Notes under the pieces: generated by a model
The model's database searches: none
What the model was told of the DNA's origin: nothing
The model's input: only the letters and a program-made list of their open reading frames with translations
NCBI RefSeq assembly: GCF_000317515.1
Contig: NC_019738.1
Location: 1,873,623-1,937,622 of the forward strand
Direction: 5' to 3'
Source of the DNA: Allocoleopsis franciscana PCC 7113
Lineage (GTDB): Bacteria; Cyanobacteriota; Cyanobacteriia; Cyanobacteriales; Coleofasciculaceae
Length of the DNA stretch: 64,000 nt
Translations under genes and position numbers: made by a program
Shown here: piece by piece, positions 60,399-64,000 of the stretch
Layout of the letters: every line of letters starts with the position of its first letter
How positions within the stretch are numbered: position 1 is the stretch's first letter

Positions 60399-61901
60399 TT
60401 ATCGAAGTCCCAACCAGTTTTTGATTTCTTCCATTAACCAGTAGCATTCTGTATGAGTAAGAGGGGGATCGAATCCACCGAATATATATTCTTGAACGCC
60501 AACGGCGAGGGTTACTTCGGGTGATTTTCGGTTGAATAAACCGTGAGTTTCGCTCTTAAAGACTTGGTCAATTGCTAAGGTAGAACCTCGCTGTTGCCGC
60601 AAGCAAAAACCCAATAATCTCCACTCAATCTGAAAAAATTGATGATTGAAATAAATAGTTGTTTCTCCAAAAGCAGGTAGCATCAACCATCCTGCATATA
60701 AAATTCCAAATATTAGCCAAGCTACAAGATAAAGCCCTAACCAATCAAGATTCACATTGATTGTTCGTAAGGCAAAACCACCGCCAAACCAGAGCCAAAA
60801 CCCCAGTCCAACCCCCACAGCGAGTTGTTTAGGGTGAGTTAATGCTCTGCGCCAGCGCACAGGAATTCTAATCTGGAGCTGAGTGGGGGATTTTTTGAGT
60901 TGAATCCGGCTATTAGAGGGCTTTGGATGAGTGATTGCAACACTAGTCATCTGATTTTCCAGCAATGCCTCAAGCGCCTCGTTTGCACTCCTAAATCGTT
61001 GCGAGAGATTCGGTTCAGTTAGCTTCTCAATCCAACGCACAAAACCTGGATTGAGGCGGACTCTATCAGCAAACTGGATGCGACCCTTTTGCTGGGGCAA
61101 ATCAGCGGGAGCCACGCCCGTGAGAAGATGAATTAAAGTGGCTCCAAGGGCATAAAGGTCAGAGGCTGGAGTGGCTCGACCTCCAAGCTGTTCTAACGGT
61201 GCATAGCCATAGGTTCCCACTACTGTAAACGTAGCTCCTTCTGCGGCGGCGCGGTCTTGTACCGCCCCAAAGTCAACGAGATAAACCTCTCCTGTCCCTT
61301 CGTGTTCAGGGAAACCCCCCCCTGCCCCCCCTTGGTAAGGGGGGAATGGGAATTGGTACTCAGTTGGATTTATCGTCTCCGCGTCCCCGCGTCCCCGCGT
61401 CCCCGCGTCTATCTCGACGACGATATTTGAACGCAACTTCGTCTCAGGGGGGGTACCCCAGATTAAGTTGCTGGGTTTGATATCGCGATGGAGTACAGGT
61501 GGGCTTAGACTGTGCAGGTAAACTAGAATATTCAGGACTTGTTGCGCGATCGCACGAACTTCCTGTTCGCTGAAAGTCTTGCCCAGAGCCAATAATTCCT
61601 TCAGAGATGAACCGGGAATGTATTGCTGAACTAACCCAAACCAGAGCATTTGGTCATCGATACAAAAATAGTCGCGATACTGGGGAATTTTAGGATGATT
61701 AAGCTGTTTGAGGACTTGAGCCTCTCGCTCAAACAACCTCACATTGTCCCATTGCACTTGGTCGCAAAAAGTCAGCAGTTTGACGACGACTCTCTCTTGG
61801 ATGCGAATATCTTGTGCTAGCCAGGTTTGACAACTGGCATTGTGTCCTAACGTTTGTCTAAGCTGATAGCGCTTCTGGAGAATCTGTTCGGTTTGCACCA
61901 T
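60399..61901 (-). CDS. Ser/Thr protein kinase paralogue with ~50-aa low-complexity insert between catalytic loop and DFG
   Basis: Same architecture as the previous gene; insert TPPETKLRSNIVVEIDAGTRGRGDAETINPTEYQFPFPPYQGGAGGGFPEHEGTGE. Confidence 0.8.
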   Translation of the reverse strand: MVQTEQILQKRYQLRQTLGHNASCQTWLAQDIRIQERVVVKLLTFCDQVQWDNVRLFEREAQVLKQLNHPKIPQYRDYFCIDDQMLWFGLVQQYIPGSSLKELLALGKTFSEQEVRAIAQQVLNILVYLHSLSPPVLHRDIKPSNLIWGTPPETKLRSNIVVEIDAGTRGRGDAETINPTEYQFPFPPYQGGAGGGFPEHEGTGEVYLVDFGAVQDRAAAEGATFTVVGTYGYAPLEQLGGRATPASDLYALGATLIHLLTGVAPADLPQQKGRIQFADRVRLNPGFVRWIEKLTEPNLSQRFRSANEALEALLENQMTSVAITHPKPSNSRIQLKKSPTQLQIRIPVRWRRALTHPKQLAVGVGLGFWLWFGGGFALRTINVNLDWLGLYLVAWLIFGILYAGWLMLPAFGETTIYFNHQFFQIEWRLLGFCLRQQRGSTLAIDQVFKSETHGLFNRKSPEVTLAVGVQEYIFGGFDPPLTHTECYWLMEEIKNWLGLR

Positions 61902-62082
61902 ATCGTCGCTACTCTTTAGAGTCTGGATGGGCTTTAACTTAGGTTATTAAGCACTTTCCCTCAATTGACCAGACTGTTTCAGGACATTTCAGACAAAATC
62001 TACACAATGAAGGGATTTACGGTGAATCAAAAATCTTAAAAAGCCTGGAGGACAACGTATTTTCTATTTTATAAGTTACCCT

Positions 62083-63450
62083 TCATACTTTTAGGTGAGG
62101 AATCTTGACTGTAAATGTTGTCCCCACCCCAACTTGACTTTCCATGGTAATTTCTCCTTGGTGGAGTTCCACACACTTTTTTACTACAGCTAGTCCCAAA
62201 CCACTCCCCACAAGGTTTTCAACATTTTTACCGCGATAGAAGGGTTCATAAATCTCTGAATAATTTTCCGCTGGAATGCCTATTCCTTCATCTTTGATTT
62301 GAAAAACTGTAGCTTCAGCTTCGCAGTTTAAAATTAGGTATACGTTACCTCCATTGGGTGAATACTTAATGGCATTTAAGAGTAAGTTACTCAAGATAGA
62401 ATATAATAATTTTTCATCCAAATAAACCCGGACACAGCGACCATTGCTGATAAATCTAAGTGAGTGTGATTTTATCCCACAAAAACCCACATCTTCGAGT
62501 AAGTTAAGACAAAATGCCTCCAAATCCAATAATTCGGGCTTATAGTTTAGCTCCCCAGCCTCTGCTCTAGTTAAGGTTAAAATATCAGTTAAAAGCTGAT
62601 TCATTAATTTAGCAGACGATTGAATTCTGTAAAGATTTCTCAACTGATTTTGTTCGACTAAATCTTGAAGAATCTCTCCAAGTAACTGAGAAGATGCCAA
62701 AATTACACTTAAAGGAGTACGAAACTCATGGGAAACCATTGAAAAAAGACGGATTTTGAGTTCTCCTAGTTCTTTCTCTTGAGCTAGGGTGTGTTGGAGT
62801 GATTCAACTTTTTGGCGTTGCACCCACTGGGTATAAAGAAGTAAATATATACCAATAATGACGGTAAAACTTAAAACAGTGCCAATTAATTCTATCAAAA
62901 TTATGTAATGAATAGTAGAACGAGAATTATTAAGTAAAACTCGTAACACTCGTTCTTCTTCGTTTTTAATATCCGCTAAAACTCTCTGAATTTCATCTCG
63001 AATATTAACGCTCTTTTCTGTAATCAAAGCTTGGCTTTGGATGGCTGATGGATCTTGTTGATAAAGTGCGATCGATTTCCTGAACAACCCTAATCTTTGA
63101 GTGACTAGAGAGTTCAACCTGCTCATCCGTTGTTGCCAAGCAAGATTGTTAGTCATCTGCTTGTGAAGCAGGTCTATCTTAGATTGCATGTCATTGACTG
63201 CAATTTGATGACGCTTTAATTCTTGCTGACTACCTGAAATAATGTATCCCCGTCGCCCCGATTCTGCAACAGTCATAGAGGCATAAAAATCAGTCAACGT
63301 ATTCAGGACTTCATAAGTATGTTGCACCCGCTCAGCACTTTCAATTAGCTCTGTTGTGTTGTTGTAAGAAGTAAGGCTGACCAGTCCCATTAGCAGCAGG
63401 GTTAAGCCAAATCCTCCAGCAATCCATTTTCCTTCCAGTGACAACTTCAT
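62083..63450 (-). CDS. Sensor histidine kinase with CHASE3-like extracytoplasmic domain
   Basis: TM-CHASE3-TM, H-box SHEFRTPL, N/G1/G2 boxes. Confidence 0.75.
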   Translation of the reverse strand: MKLSLEGKWIAGGFGLTLLLMGLVSLTSYNNTTELIESAERVQHTYEVLNTLTDFYASMTVAESGRRGYIISGSQQELKRHQIAVNDMQSKIDLLHKQMTNNLAWQQRMSRLNSLVTQRLGLFRKSIALYQQDPSAIQSQALITEKSVNIRDEIQRVLADIKNEEERVLRVLLNNSRSTIHYIILIELIGTVLSFTVIIGIYLLLYTQWVQRQKVESLQHTLAQEKELGELKIRLFSMVSHEFRTPLSVILASSQLLGEILQDLVEQNQLRNLYRIQSSAKLMNQLLTDILTLTRAEAGELNYKPELLDLEAFCLNLLEDVGFCGIKSHSLRFISNGRCVRVYLDEKLLYSILSNLLLNAIKYSPNGGNVYLILNCEAEATVFQIKDEGIGIPAENYSEIYEPFYRGKNVENLVGSGLGLAVVKKCVELHQGEITMESQVGVGTTFTVKIPHLKV

Positions 63451-63554
63451 TGATTAAGGCAAAAGTCAAGGATAATAAAGTTAACTTGCCTCTACTCTAC
63501 CTTCCTCTACCTGAACCGAAATATCCCGACGTTGCGTATTTTTGTAGTTGAATT

Positions 63555-64000
63555 ATGCGTATTTTGGTGGTTGAAGACGATATCCAGTTGTCAGAGGTAC
63601 TGACAGAAGCTCTAACCCGACGCCAGTATGTGGTAGACAGTGCCAAAGATGGAGAGGTTGCCTGGAGTTGGGTGGAGTCAATGAAGTATGACTTAGTGGT
63701 ACTGGATGTGACGCTGCCGAAGCTGGACGGCATTCGATTCTGTCAGAAGTTGCGGGGTTGCGAAGTCACCCATCCCGCTCATCGCAACTCTACCTCACCC
63801 GTACTGATGCTAACCGCCCGTGATACGGTTGCCGACAAGATTACGGGACTGGATGCTGGAGCGGATGATTACGTGGCAAAGCCATTTGACTTGGAAGAGT
63901 TGATGGCTCGAATTCGTGCTCTGTTGCGGCGGGGCAGTTCTTCAAGTACAGCGAGTCTATGCTGGGGGAGTCTGCGCCTAAATCCGAGTACCTTCGAGGC
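63555..64000 (+). CDS. OmpR-family response regulator (3' end beyond window)
   Basis: MRILVVEDD...D51-like LVVLDVTLP...KPFD receiver motifs; divergent from the histidine kinase. Confidence 0.8.
   Translation, partial: MRILVVEDDIQLSEVLTEALTRRQYVVDSAKDGEVAWSWVESMKYDLVVLDVTLPKLDGIRFCQKLRGCEVTHPAHRNSTSPVLMLTARDTVADKITGLDAGADDYVAKPFDLEELMARIRALLRRGSSSSTASLCWGSLRLNPSTFE

Noticed and set aside
61377-61410. 8-mer tandem repeat considered as a possible mini CRISPR or other array
   Set aside because: Unit far too short, no spacers, lies inside a coding sequence. No CRISPR array exists in the window.

Overview
The window is a 64-kb piece of a cyanobacterial chromosome. Support for that: the HIP1 octamer GCGATCGC occurs dozens of times, and the gene set is typical (Uma2/DUF820 genes, XisH/XisI, an amiC-murI pair, a hetZ/patU-like pair, solanesyl-diphosphate synthase, WD40 and membrane-anchored Ser/Thr kinases). 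Gene density is about 85% and no rRNA, tRNA or CRISPR array is present.

Housekeeping blocks:
- mreB-mreC-mreD, ssb, a Na+/H+ antiporter, amiC-murI, sds, and a large GAF-PAS-GGDEF-EAL sensor.
- An ExbB/ExbD, TonB-dependent receptor, TonB, FecCDE-type iron-uptake cluster.

Accessory and unusual content:
- At the 5' end, a truncated HepT/MntA toxin-antitoxin pair sits beside an operon encoding a WD40 Ser/Thr kinase, a small unknown protein and an orthocaspase-GUN4 protein.
- The most interesting locus is a seven-gene minus-strand operon at 29.1-37.0 kb: PstS-, PstC-, PstA- and PstB-like transporter genes, a TAT-exported single-subunit molybdopterin oxidoreductase with a CX2CX3CX27C motif, an ArsS-like radical-SAM/Cys-rich protein and a TVP38 membrane protein. 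Immediately upstream of it is a ~135-bp copy (~85% identity) of the promoter, palindromic operator and first ~25 codons of the arsR gene that lies 20 kb away next to arsM. This points to an arsenic-responsive transport and periplasmic-redox module that has not been described in cyanobacteria.
- At 38.5-42.4 kb there is an AT-rich scrap island: XisH/XisI, an orphan DUF4435/Toprim (AriB/OLD-like) nuclease gene, and a chimeric ORF fusing a Uma2 gene to the C-terminal fragment of an ABC ATPase. It looks like a decayed PARIS/OLD-like defence remnant and is flanked by ~50-bp imperfect direct repeats.
- At 55.4-56.8 kb there is an AT-rich degraded EEP-nuclease gene with an intact partner gene.
- Two tandem paralogous kinases follow; one carries a low-complexity insert with C8/C7/G6 tracts and an 8-mer repeated about four times.
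- A transglutaminase-like membrane protein has lost its catalytic Cys and His.

All functional calls come from motif recognition by eye, not from searches.
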